Notes under the pieces: model-generated | Databases searched by the model: none | Told to the model about the DNA's origin: nothing | The model's input: only the letters and a program-made list of their open reading frames with translations | DNA from: Aigarchaeota archaeon | GTDB lineage: Archaea > Thermoproteota > Nitrososphaeria_A > Caldarchaeales > Wolframiiraptoraceae | Assembly: GCA_025059415.1 (NCBI GenBank) | Contig: JANXDQ010000002.1 | Location: forward strand, 9,940 to 55,512 | Length of the DNA: 45,573 bases | Reading direction: 5' to 3' | Shown here: piece after piece, positions 17,739 through 25,874 of the stretch | Position numbering within the stretch: the stretch's first letter is position 1 | Layout: each line of letters opens with the position of its first letter | Translations under genes and position numbers: made by a program

Positions 17739-18239
17739 ATGCCCGAGAAAAACCTCAAGTTCCTGGTTTCAGGCGGTGAAGCCACTGCGGGTCCTCCCAT
17801 AGGCCCAGCCATAGGCCCACTCGGATTGAACGTCCTCCAAGTGGTCGAGGAAATTAACAGGCAGACCAGCGAGTTTAGGGGAATGAGGGTCCCGGTCGAA
17901 GTCACCGTCGACACCGATACTAAGAGTTTCAGGATCAAGGTCGGCACGCCGACGACGGCGGCCCTAATAGTCAAGGAGGCCGGGATAGAGAAGGGTTCTG
18001 GTCAGCCAAATCGGGAATTCGTCGGTAACTTGACCGTGGAGCAGGTTGTCAGGATAGCGAAGCTAAAGATGCAGGACATGCGAGCGAGGACCCTAAAATC
18101 CGCGGTTAAACAAGTCCTCGGAACTTGTCTAAGCATGGGAGTCACGATCGAAGGGAAGTCGGCGAAGGAAATCATGAGGGAAGTCGAAGAGGGGAAACAC
18201 GACCATTTGATCTCTGATTCGGGAAGCGATAATATTTAA
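17739..18239 (+). CDS. rpl11: 50S ribosomal protein L11 (uL11)
   Basis: GGEATAGPPIGPAIGPLGLN motif. Canonical position after spt5. Confidence 0.95.
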   Translation: MPEKNLKFLVSGGEATAGPPIGPAIGPLGLNVLQVVEEINRQTSEFRGMRVPVEVTVDTDTKSFRIKVGTPTTAALIVKEAGIEKGSGQPNREFVGNLTVEQVVRIAKLKMQDMRARTLKSAVKQVLGTCLSMGVTIEGKSAKEIMREVEEGKHDHLISDSGSDNI

Positions 18240-18271
18240 ATCAGGGCTTCTAAAGCTGAGAAGACGCGGGA

Positions 18272-18937
18272 ATGCTGAAATCGGTTGAGGCCAGCATCGT
18301 CGAGGCCGTGGAGAAGGCGAAGAACTTGGGCAAGCCCAGGAAATTCAAGCAATCAATAGAGTTAATCATAAACATTAAGGGCATCGACTTCAAGAAACCC
18401 GAAAACAGGATCTACGAGGTCATAGAGCTCCCACATGGCTGCGGGAACAAGCCTAGCAAAATTTGTGTGATAGCGAGTCCTGCCCTGGCCGCTGAGGCGA
18501 GGAAGATCCCCGAGATAGATAGGGTGATAGAGCGCGAGGAGTTGGAGGCTTTAACGGGGAATAAGAGGTTAGCCAAGAAGGTCGCGTCTAAGTATGACTT
18601 CTTCTTAGTAGATCCAACCCTCATGGGACTCGCCGCCAAGGCCCTTGGAGCCGCGTTGGGTGGCCGGGGTAAGAGGCCCCAACCCATACCCCAGGGAGTA
18701 GACTTGGCCGGACTCGTCAAAAGCCTGAAGAAGAGCATCATCATAAACGTGAGGAAAAATCCGCAAGCCATGTGCTTGATAGGAACGGAGGATATGGATT
18801 CGAGGCAACTCGCTGAAAATGCCGCCGCGGTAATCTCGAAGATCGTCGACAAGTTCGAGAAGAGGCTCAAGAACGTGCAGTCAATCTATGTCAAAAAGAC
18901 CATGGCGGAGCCGGTTAAGGTTGAGTTCGCAGAATAG
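18272..18937 (+). CDS. rpl1: 50S ribosomal protein L1 (uL1)
   Basis: 221 aa. L1 family layout (KPRKFKQSIELIINIKGID...) and position after L11. Confidence 0.93.
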   Translation: MLKSVEASIVEAVEKAKNLGKPRKFKQSIELIINIKGIDFKKPENRIYEVIELPHGCGNKPSKICVIASPALAAEARKIPEIDRVIEREELEALTGNKRLAKKVASKYDFFLVDPTLMGLAAKALGAALGGRGKRPQPIPQGVDLAGLVKSLKKSIIINVRKNPQAMCLIGTEDMDSRQLAENAAAVISKIVDKFEKRLKNVQSIYVKKTMAEPVKVEFAE

Positions 18938-18938
18938 T

Positions 18939-18958
18939 CCCCGAAAGGGGGTTTAAAT
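18939..18958 (+). promoter_or_regulatory. CCCC-GAAA-GGGG hairpin directly after the L1 stop, followed by a TTTAAAT TATA-like box upstream of P0
   Basis: Hairpin at 18939-18950 and TTTAAAT at 18952-18958, about 34 nt before the P0 start at 18989. Confidence 0.3.
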
Positions 18959-18988
18959 GTAGGCTTTTCCAGGATTCGGTGGTCGGGT

Positions 18989-19861
18989 TTGTCGCTGAAG
19001 GCGGTGGTCAAAAGGGAGCGGAGGATCCCCCGGTGGAAGCTTGAAGAGGCCGAGGAGTTATCTAAACTCATCTCAAATCATAGGGTCATCGCGATATTCA
19101 GGCTCACGGGGCTTAGGGCAAACCTCCTCCATGAAGTCCGAAAGATCCTGAGGGGGGCCGCGATCCTGCGCGTCGCCAAACGCAACCTCTTCAAGAAGAC
19201 GGCGGAGAAGGTGGGTAAACCAGAACTCGTAAAACTCGTAGAAGACATTAAGGAACCCGTCGGCCTCATATTCTCCAACATAAGCGCATTCAGGTTGAAG
19301 ATAATCTTGGATAAAAATAGGATACCGATGCACGCTAAGGCTGGTGAGAAGGCGGACTTCGATGTGGTTATCCCGGAGATGAACACGGGTCTCCCACCAG
19401 GCCCGGTGCTAAGCGATTTCGCGAAACTACACATACCGACGAGGATTGAGGGAGGGCAGATCTGGATCGCGAAAGACACCGTGGTGGCCAGGAAGGGCGA
19501 GGAGATCTCACCGGCCCTCGCCGCGCTCTTAGCAAGGCTCGACATAAGGGCTGTATTGAAGGGGGTTTCTGTGGAGAGGGCATTTGAGGATGGAGTTCTC
19601 CTAACCAAGGAACAGCTTGAAATAGACCTGGAGAAGATTAAGGAGGATCTTGCAGCGGCACACGGCCAAGCCTTCACCCTGGCAACGGAAATAGGTTACA
19701 TCACCAAGGAGACGATCATTCCAGTGTTACTGAGGGCTTATGCTCAAGCAAGAACCTTGGCCCTAGAAGCCGCGATACCCTCGAAAGAAATCATCGGAGA
19801 CCTCTTATTAAAGGCAGAAACTCTGGCGCGGATCTTAAAGGAGGCGGCGAAAATAAGTTAG
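18989..19861 (+). CDS. rplP0: 50S ribosomal stalk protein P0 (uL10), short form lacking the acidic C-terminal tail
   Basis: 290 aa. N-terminal IPRWKLEEAEEL.. L10 domain. Ends ...ARILKEAAKIS with no Glu/Lys-rich hinge or GLxxLFG terminus. TTG start. Confidence 0.88.
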   Translation: MSLKAVVKRERRIPRWKLEEAEELSKLISNHRVIAIFRLTGLRANLLHEVRKILRGAAILRVAKRNLFKKTAEKVGKPELVKLVEDIKEPVGLIFSNISAFRLKIILDKNRIPMHAKAGEKADFDVVIPEMNTGLPPGPVLSDFAKLHIPTRIEGGQIWIAKDTVVARKGEEISPALAALLARLDIRAVLKGVSVERAFEDGVLLTKEQLEIDLEKIKEDLAAAHGQAFTLATEIGYITKETIIPVLLRAYAQARTLALEAAIPSKEIIGDLLLKAETLARILKEAAKIS

Positions 19862-20123
19862 CCTCCCATGCTGAGGGGAGGATTCCTACCCTCCGAAGAT
19901 AGAGAACTTTCCCACAACCTCGTTTTCACGCGCATAATTCGCCGTCCCTCTTTTACCCTTAGCCATGAAAATGCTTGGAGTGCTTTACATGCCCCCTTAA
20001 TTTCTAATATTTACAATTCCTGAACGCCCCCAGAAGTGGCGTTTGCATCAGTTCCAGTTGATTAGGCTAGTTGGCATCCCCCATAGGAGCGATATCCATC
20101 TAGGAAAATTGCGTAGATGGGGA

Positions 20124-22880
20124 TTACTTGAAAAGTTCCCTGATTATGTTAAGAGATTCTTTTATGAACTCGTCTTCGGAAATGGGTTTCCCAAGTCCTC
20201 CTTCTCCAAATCTATCTCTTCCACCGCCCCTCCCTCCAAGTCTTTGAGCTATCATCGAGATGAGTTTTCCGGCATGCACTCCTTTTTTAAGAGCCTCACT
20301 GTTCGCCGTCGCCACCAATGAGACTCTTTCTCGGCCATAGGCTGCTATGAAGCAAGCGGCCACCGGTCTAGAGAGTAGGTGGTCCGATATTTTCAGGACA
20401 TATTCTCTATCATCCTCATTTTCCCTCGACACGTAGAATTCGATTCCGCCGGCGGTTATGGTTGGTTTTTGGGAAAGCTCCACGGCCCTGAGCTTGGCAG
20501 CCGACGAGAGCAGGCTCTTGACCTCCCTGCGAAGCTCCTTGACCTCATCTAGGATTTCTTCAACCTTTCTCTCAACGGCCTCAACGGGCGTCCCAATAAT
20601 CTCCGCGATCCTCCGCACGAGCCTCCAATCTTCCTGGAGGTATGGTAGGACGGCGGGCCCCGCCGCGAAGATGAGCCTCTCCACCCCATCCTGTATCCTC
20701 TCAGTTTTAATTATCTTGATTATCCCAACATCTTCGGTGTTCTCAACATGTAGTCCAGCACATGCCTCCGCATCCCATCCCGGGATCTCGACAACCCTTA
20801 TCTCGGCCGATGGGACCTCTCCGCCTTGGTAGAGCTGGAAGCCGTAACGGGCCTCAGCCTCATTCCTACTCATTAAAGTAATCTTGACCGGTATCCTCGC
20901 GGCCACGATCCTATTTGCCTCATCTTCTATCTGCTTTATCTCCTCGTATGTCAGTCTCCTGTGATGGCTTATGTCGAGCCTCGCGATCTCCGGCTCCTTA
21001 CTCGCGCCGGCCTGCCACGCATGTCTCCCCAAGACTTTTCTCGCAGCCCCCAGGATTATATGAGTCGCCGTGTGATGCCGCATCAACGAGAGCCTCCTCT
21101 CAAAGTCTATCTCCGCCTCAACTACTTCCCCAACCTCTGGGAGCTCGCCCTCCAATTTGTGGACTATGACTCCCCCGGCGAGCATCTGGACATTAACAAC
21201 TTTAGAGGATCCCTTAGAATTCTTAATTACCCCACGATCCGCGACTGCTCCACCTCCTTCGGGATAGAAATGGGTTCTATCTAGAACCAGGTAGTTCCCG
21301 TAGGTCTTGAGTACCTTGGCGCGGAACTTTGAGACGAAGGGCTGTTCATAATAGGCCTTCTCCGTCGCGGGCACTTCCCTGAAGACCTCTTCCAGTATCT
21401 TTTTCTCCCCGTCCTCCACGGGTCCGGTTTCGGCCCTTAGATGCCTTGATGCAACTAGCTCATAGAAGTTCTCCGGAACCTCGATCTCCATGTCCAGTTT
21501 AGAGGCGATTGGCTCAACTATGTCCGGGGTAATTCCCCTCTCATCATAAACCCTTATCAGAAACTCCACCGGGATTCTAACCTCGCCCTTCTTCATCGAG
21601 GAAAGTTCTTTTTCGACATAATCGGATCCCTTTTGGATCGTCTCCTCGAATTTCTTGATCTCGGTCTCAACTATGTCTAAGACTTCCTCCCTCATCTCCC
21701 TTAGATGTGGAAAGTCTGAGCTCCAGTGGTCTAACTGTAGATCTATCAGGTCTAGGAGTTTGTCTTCATGGCCCATGCTCCTGAGAAGCCTGTAAGTTTT
21801 CCTGATCAGGAGCCTTGCGAGATACCCAACGCGGACATTTGATGGGACGACTCCCTCACTGATGATGAACGAGATGGACTTCGTGAAGTCTAGGGCGGCG
21901 TATATCCTCTCTAATGGCTCAACCTCGTTGATTATTACCTCCAATGGTATGCCCGATGCCTCCGCTACTCGCCGCCTCGCCTCAGCGACCGTCACCCCCT
22001 TCCCGGGAACAACCAGAGCCGTATAGGGCGAATACTTGAGCAGTAACTTCTCATCGGGTTTCGGTATCTCGATTATTTTCGCGACCTTGGGGTATAGTTC
22101 GCCGTAGATGGCGTCAAAGCAGCTAGGCGTCCCCTGGCTAAACCACGTAAACCTCTCGATTCCATATCCAGTGTCAACTGTTCTTATTGGCAATTCTATG
22201 AGTTCGCCGTTCAAAGTCTTGTACTGCATGAAGACGAGGGTTGCCAGCTCCATGCCGTAGGATATCGATTCGAAGCACGGCCCTGCGTTTCCCCCGCCGC
22301 TCCAGACCCCTTCCTTGTAAACCAGCTCTCCTTCCGGAATTCCGAAGATCTCTTGGGCGAATTCATGGTAGTATTTGACGGTTTCATCTTTCCAGTAAAC
22401 TTCCTTTTCCGGGTAATTGAATGCGTGGGCGCCGCCCATCTCGAATATCGTCAAGTGCCTTCCAAATGTTAACCCAACCTTATCTATGTCCACCAACCTT
22501 ATGCATGGCTGGCTTATCACAAGTGGGTTCGCGGGTGGGGGAGCTATCCCGGAGGTGACGAAGGGCTGGAAATCCACTATACTCGCGTCGGTGAGAAACA
22601 TGTCCGATCTCCATCGCGCCACGACGGGATACGGAGAGATCACCCTATGGCCTCTCTTCTCGAAGAACCTGAGAAAAGCCTCTCTAACCTCGCGTAGGCT
22701 CATCTTCCTCCTTGCTAGGGCCTTGCCGACGAAGCGATACGGCTCACACGGAGAGTCTCCACAAGTCTCCCTCTCAGGATCCACGGTCCAGAAATGCTCC
22801 CCACAAACCCGACATCGTTTCCTCAGATATCCCCGCTCCCTGAAGAACTCGAGTGAATACGCCTCAGGACCAAACTTCAA
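20124..22880 (-). CDS. alaS: Alanine--tRNA ligase (archaeal type)
   Basis: 918 aa. N-terminal Zn-like CRVCGEHFWT...CGDSPC, class II core, editing domain HHTATH, C-terminal DHHA1-like region. Confidence 0.96.
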   Translation of the reverse strand: MKFGPEAYSLEFFRERGYLRKRCRVCGEHFWTVDPERETCGDSPCEPYRFVGKALARRKMSLREVREAFLRFFEKRGHRVISPYPVVARWRSDMFLTDASIVDFQPFVTSGIAPPPANPLVISQPCIRLVDIDKVGLTFGRHLTIFEMGGAHAFNYPEKEVYWKDETVKYYHEFAQEIFGIPEGELVYKEGVWSGGGNAGPCFESISYGMELATLVFMQYKTLNGELIELPIRTVDTGYGIERFTWFSQGTPSCFDAIYGELYPKVAKIIEIPKPDEKLLLKYSPYTALVVPGKGVTVAEARRRVAEASGIPLEVIINEVEPLERIYAALDFTKSISFIISEGVVPSNVRVGYLARLLIRKTYRLLRSMGHEDKLLDLIDLQLDHWSSDFPHLREMREEVLDIVETEIKKFEETIQKGSDYVEKELSSMKKGEVRIPVEFLIRVYDERGITPDIVEPIASKLDMEIEVPENFYELVASRHLRAETGPVEDGEKKILEEVFREVPATEKAYYEQPFVSKFRAKVLKTYGNYLVLDRTHFYPEGGGAVADRGVIKNSKGSSKVVNVQMLAGGVIVHKLEGELPEVGEVVEAEIDFERRLSLMRHHTATHIILGAARKVLGRHAWQAGASKEPEIARLDISHHRRLTYEEIKQIEDEANRIVAARIPVKITLMSRNEAEARYGFQLYQGGEVPSAEIRVVEIPGWDAEACAGLHVENTEDVGIIKIIKTERIQDGVERLIFAAGPAVLPYLQEDWRLVRRIAEIIGTPVEAVERKVEEILDEVKELRREVKSLLSSAAKLRAVELSQKPTITAGGIEFYVSRENEDDREYVLKISDHLLSRPVAACFIAAYGRERVSLVATANSEALKKGVHAGKLISMIAQRLGGRGGGRDRFGEGGLGKPISEDEFIKESLNIIRELFK

Positions 22881-22998
22881 GATCCACCACCTTCCATAAG
22901 CCCCTCCTCGAAAAGGAATACTGCGCCTTATATGCTATCAGGTGAGGGATTAGGTGTAGGGATCTGGACCGGAGAAAAACGCGTTAAAGAACGTTCCA

Positions 22999-23307
22999 TC
23001 AGCCGAAGAGGGCGCTGAGGCCGGCCAAAGCCTCCTCTTCCTTCTTTGCCGCCTCCTCTTTCTTCTCCTCCTTCTTTACCTCCTTTTCTTCCTTGGCGGG
23101 AGCAGGGGCGGCAACGGGCACGGCCGGCGCAAGGGCAGCACTCTTCAAGACCTCATCTATGTTAACCTCTGAAAGGGCGGCTACTAGCGCCTTTACCCTG
23201 GCCTCATCCGGGTTAACACCCGCGGCCCCGAGCACCTTCTTCAGATTCTCCTCGTTTATCTCCTTCCCAGCCCTGTGCAACAGTAATGCGGCGTAAACGT
23301 ACTCCAT
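22999..23307 (-). CDS. rpl12: 50S ribosomal stalk protein P1 (L12)
   Basis: [11 protein letters not shown]... N-domain, Ala/Pro hinge, Glu/Lys-rich region and conserved terminus [12 protein letters not shown]. The track start at 23322 is probably 5 codons too long. Confidence 0.93.
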   Translation of the reverse strand: MEYVYAALLLHRAGKEINEENLKKVLGAAGVNPDEARVKALVAALSEVNIDEVLKSAALAPAVPVAAPAPAKEEKEVKKEEKKEEAAKKEEEALAGLSALFG

Positions 23308-23441
23308 GCCCACTCGCACCACTCACCGTTAAGCCTATTCATAAATCTTACTACTCCAGAAACTTATCTTAAGCCGAGTATTACTCTCCGCAACCGGTCT
23401 AGTGCGGATTCAAGCGTTATAGAAAAATGCAATAGATATAC

Positions 23442-23690
23442 CTAGGAATATAATGCCTCTCCTGTTTCTACATCGAACAGATAAACCTTTTCAGGATTTA
23501 TCGACACCATTAGTGTTGATCCTTCAGCGTAAAGCAATTTCCCCTTTAACACGACTCTGAGGACATAATCTATCAACTTCCAAGTAGGCGAGCACCTCCG
23601 AGCCAATTCTTTGAATTAGTAGACTTATTCTTGATAAGCTTGAGTAGATTCTGGCCTCTTCTAGAAGAGAGGAATCCCCATATACTCAAC
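23442..23690 (-). pseudogene. Relic of the C-terminal (regulatory/TOBE) part of a MalK/UgpC-type ABC transporter ATPase
   Basis: Hand translation of the minus strand gives ..IKIVEYMGIPLF* and then, in another frame, ..IDYVLRVVLKGKLLYAEGSTLMVSINPEKVYLFDVETGEALYS*. These resemble the ..FVAEFIGSP.MN.. linker and the ..LFD.ETGE.L terminus of sugar ABC ATPases. The frames are broken by stops, and there is no ATPase domain or start upstream. Confidence 0.4.
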
Positions 23691-23747
23691 TATCTTGATA
23701 CTGGAGTGACATTAGTAGATTAAGGGTTCTTTAAATATCTGCAAAGA

Positions 23748-24122
23748 TTGTTTAGACTCGGCGTTTTTAAGCCTGATGAGAAGGCTGCTTGGGAGTTGTT
23801 CGAGAAAGCCTCAAAGAAATTTATCGAGACGAAAAGAGTCAAACTCTTACTAGTCGCTGATAGTTGCTGCAATGCCATCATAAATTCAGCCATGGCCTTA
23901 CTCATGAAGCTCGGCATAAAAACGACTCCAGAAAAAATATATGGAGAGATCGTCAGAAACCTTGTAGATAGAAGAATCCTAGATAGGGAGATGGCTGAAT
24001 GGGTGGAGGAGATTAGAAGACTTAGGAAATCCGTTGAGCGAGGCGAAATAAGAGAACTAACCGGGGAAGAAATAGACCTCTGGATAAACCGTGCAGATAC
24101 ATTCATCTCAAAAGACTCGTGA
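23748..24122 (+). CDS. Hypothetical all-helical protein, possibly HEPN-like, with no partner gene
   Basis: 124 aa with a TTG start. Glu/Lys-rich helical sequence. The overlapping antisense ORF (23720-24106) is Ser/Leu-rich and looks spurious. The HEPN assignment is a weak pattern impression, and no clear Rx4-6H motif is present. Confidence 0.4.
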   Translation: MFRLGVFKPDEKAAWELFEKASKKFIETKRVKLLLVADSCCNAIINSAMALLMKLGIKTTPEKIYGEIVRNLVDRRILDREMAEWVEEIRRLRKSVERGEIRELTGEEIDLWINRADTFISKDS

Positions 24123-24187
24123 AATACTGGAACGAAAACTGTAAACAGCAGAGAGCCCTCGAAGAATAGCTAGAGAATGTAGATGCT

Positions 24188-24233
24188 GGAAGACTAGGGA
24201 TGGAACATTAGAAAGACTAGGATTGGAATATAA
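24188..24233. repeat. Tandem imperfect 23-nt direct repeat
   Basis: GGAAGACTAGGGATGGAACATTA / GAAAGACTAGGATTGGAATATAA, 18 of 23 positions identical, in non-coding AT-rich DNA. Confidence 0.6.
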
Positions 24234-24540
24234 GTCTAAGGGGTGTTAATCATTTCCCAGATAATATTATCAATTGTCAAATTAAACTAATTATTGCATT
24301 ATCAGAGTATCTTTGAATATTTTGAGTTCTTTAACACCTCTGACCACCGGATTATAATTTTAAGATTTATATTTATTCACATGAAGATTTAAACATGGAT
24401 ATTCGGAAAAATATTATTTGGTTGGGCTTATCAGCCTCTGCACTCATATCAGTTAGTTTAATCTACTTCGCCAAATGGTTTAATCTAAGAAGGAAGAGAG
24501 AGTTATAGCCCGGGCCGGATTCGAACCGGCGTCCCCGGGT

Positions 24541-24569
24541 GTCTTCTCACCACCCTTCGCGGCCATGAT
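24541..24569 (-). other. tRNA-Gln intron 2: canonical 37/38 position
   Basis: hBHBh' fold. Anticodon stem CCGGG/CCCGG, central helix CUUU/GAAG (one G-U), bulges GG|A and AC|A, and outer helix UCAU/GUGA (one G-U). Confidence 0.85.
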
Positions 24570-24585
24570 CCAAAGCCCGGGATCC

Positions 24586-24610
24586 ATGACCCCAATCTGA
24601 CCAGCTTGGT
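24586..24610 (-). other. tRNA-Gln intron 1: non-canonical position in the D-loop, just 5' of the 3' strand of the D-stem
   Basis: BHB fold. Central helix GGCC/GGUC (one G-U), 3-nt bulges AA|A and AU|G with splice sites after the second bulge nucleotide, and outer helix CCAA/UUGG. Confidence 0.75.
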
Positions 24611-24656
24611 TTGGCCGCTAGACGACCGGGCTTCAATTAACTCGTTCCACGTTGTC

Positions 24657-24669
24657 GTTTTTGTATTTT
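24657..24669 (-). promoter_or_regulatory. Candidate TATA box for tRNA-Gln
   Basis: The minus strand reads AAAATACAAAAAC at about -25 to -37 relative to tRNA position 1. Confidence 0.3.
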
Positions 24670-24730
24670 GCGCCATGTTTCTCATTAGGGTAGTGTTGCA
24701 AAAGGCTTTTAGGGTCATCAAGTTGGTGGT

Positions 24731-24976
24731 TTGGGTGGATCGGGGTTGGGAAAATATAAGGTTGTGAAGTGTCCTCAGTGCGGGTTCGCCGAGGTGACGG
24801 CTGCCTCTAAGAGCGTTAGATGCTTTGGCTGTGGCCGCATCTGGCAGCTCAAATCTGAAATGATACTTTTCTCGAGCGAAGAAATTGAGAAGGTCCAGGG
24901 GTTCTTGAAGAAGCTGAAGCAGTGTGGAGAAGTTGAGTACAGGAGGGCCGCTGAGATGTTCTCGAAGGATCCATGA
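24731..24976 (+). CDS. Small zinc-ribbon protein
   Basis: 81 aa. CPQCG...(17)...CFGCG ribbon. The start is uncertain, with TTG at 24731 or GTG at 24764 as candidates. Confidence 0.6.
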   Translation: MGGSGLGKYKVVKCPQCGFAEVTAASKSVRCFGCGRIWQLKSEMILFSSEEIEKVQGFLKKLKQCGEVEYRRAAEMFSKDP

Positions 24977-25019
24977 TATATCACAAAGATTTAAGCTCGG
25001 GATTCTTACCCTGATATGG

Positions 25020-25871
25020 ATGCTTCTGGGAGCGCACGTCTCGATCTCAGGCGCCATAGACAAGGCGATAGATAGAGCACTTGATCTCGGCTGCACAACC
25101 TTCCAGATATTTACCAGGAATCCTAGGGGGTGGGCCGCGGGGCCCTTGAAGAAGGACGAGGTCGAGTCTTTTAGAGGCAAATTCAGAGAAGCCGCATTCC
25201 GGGTCGCCGTCGCCCACATGCCGTATCTCCCAAACATATCCTCACCCGATAAGGCCATCCACAAGAAGTCGGTTGCATCGCTTATACAGGAGCTTAAGAG
25301 GGCTGGCCAGCTGGGGCTGCAGTACCTCGTAGTCCATGTTGGGAGCCACCTCGGAAGGGGGGTCGCTGCCGGGATTAAGCAGGCCGCCGAGGCGGTGAAC
25401 ACTGCCCTCTTAAAAGTAGACAACGACGTGGTTCTCTTGTTGGAGAACATGGCCGGCCAGAGGAATAGCGTTGGATCTAGTTTAGAGAATATCAGGAGGA
25501 TACTAGACTTGGTTAAGGATGAGAGCAGGGTCGGGGTGTGCCTCGATACGTGCCACGCCTTCGCAGCCGGCTATGATTTCAGGACGAGGGAGGCGATAGA
25601 TAACACACTTAAGGACTTCGATGAAATAATTGGATTAAGCAAGCTCAAGGTCATCCATGTTAATGACTCAAAGGGAGACCTCGGAAGCGGCGTAGATAGA
25701 CACGAGCACCTCGGGATGGGGAAGATAGGTGAGAGGGGGTTCTTCGAGCTGACACACCACCCAGTAATCAGGCCGCTTCCTCTAATTCTCGAGACGCCGG
25801 TCGACTCGAGGGGGAATTTTGCGACAAATCTGGCCAAACTCAAAGAGCTCTACCTGAGGGAAAAGTGGTAG
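25020..25871 (+). CDS. nfo: Endonuclease IV (AP endonuclease, Nfo family)
   Basis: From MLLGAHVSISG; HMPYLPN, VVHVGSH, LLENMAG, DTCHAFAAGYD, HVNDSK and ILETP motifs. The track ORF from 24924 overlaps the previous gene and is probably over-extended. Confidence 0.92.
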   Translation: MLLGAHVSISGAIDKAIDRALDLGCTTFQIFTRNPRGWAAGPLKKDEVESFRGKFREAAFRVAVAHMPYLPNISSPDKAIHKKSVASLIQELKRAGQLGLQYLVVHVGSHLGRGVAAGIKQAAEAVNTALLKVDNDVVLLLENMAGQRNSVGSSLENIRRILDLVKDESRVGVCLDTCHAFAAGYDFRTREAIDNTLKDFDEIIGLSKLKVIHVNDSKGDLGSGVDRHEHLGMGKIGERGFFELTHHPVIRPLPLILETPVDSRGNFATNLAKLKELYLREKW

Positions 25872-25874
25872 ACG

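Larger units (their letters stand above)
24506..24632 (-). tRNA. tRNA-Gln (anticodon UUG) with two introns; mature length 73 nt, CCA not encoded
   Basis: The minus strand reads AGCCCGG UC GUCU AGCGGCCAA [25-nt intron] GGAU C CCGGG CUUUGG [29-nt intron] A CCCGG GGAC GCCGG UUCGAAU CCGGC CCGGGCU A. The acceptor, anticodon and T stems are perfect, the D stem has two G-U pairs, and the A1-U72 pair is typical of archaeal tRNA-Gln. Confidence 0.9.

Noticed and set aside
19078-19677. 199-aa minus-strand ORF opposite P0, and similar long antisense ORFs at 7901-8332, 10352-10672, 12610-12945, 22417-22899, 27534-27983, 34881-35276, 37255-37932 and 40181-40696
   Set aside because: All lie opposite genes with strong family signatures and have Ser/Leu/Ala-rich shadow-frame composition. 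The pair opposite the two cdc48 genes is only informative as evidence of DNA-level identity.
19886-19966. 26-aa minus-strand ORF (MAKGKRGTANYARENEVVGKFSIFGG) downstream of alaS, and the CCTCCC/GGGAGG hairpin at 19862-19883
   Set aside because: The ORF is too short and has no recognisable family, including no resemblance to small ribosomal proteins. The hairpin may simply be a transcript 3'-end structure for P0. Neither can be supported further from sequence alone.
23391-23425. Possible att-type direct repeat of the tRNA-Gln 3' half (CGGATTCAAGCG versus CCGGATTCGAACCGG)
   Set aside because: Only about 9-10 nt match with a gap, far below what integrase att sites show, so I cannot call element boundaries.
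24395-24508. 37-aa ORF (MDIRKNIIWLGLSASALISVSLIYFAKWFNLRRKREL) with one TM helix, ending inside the tRNA 3' end on the opposite strand
   Set aside because: Short ORFs arise easily in 30% GC DNA. It has no recognisable promoter or conservation evidence, and overlap with the tRNA gene argues against it. It may still deserve a look in proteomic data.
24503-25450. 315-aa minus-strand ORF in the supplied track
   Set aside because: It runs antisense through endonuclease IV and the zinc-ribbon ORF and overlaps the tRNA-Gln gene. It has Ser/Pro/Leu/Arg-rich low-complexity composition, while the plus-strand products have clear family motifs.
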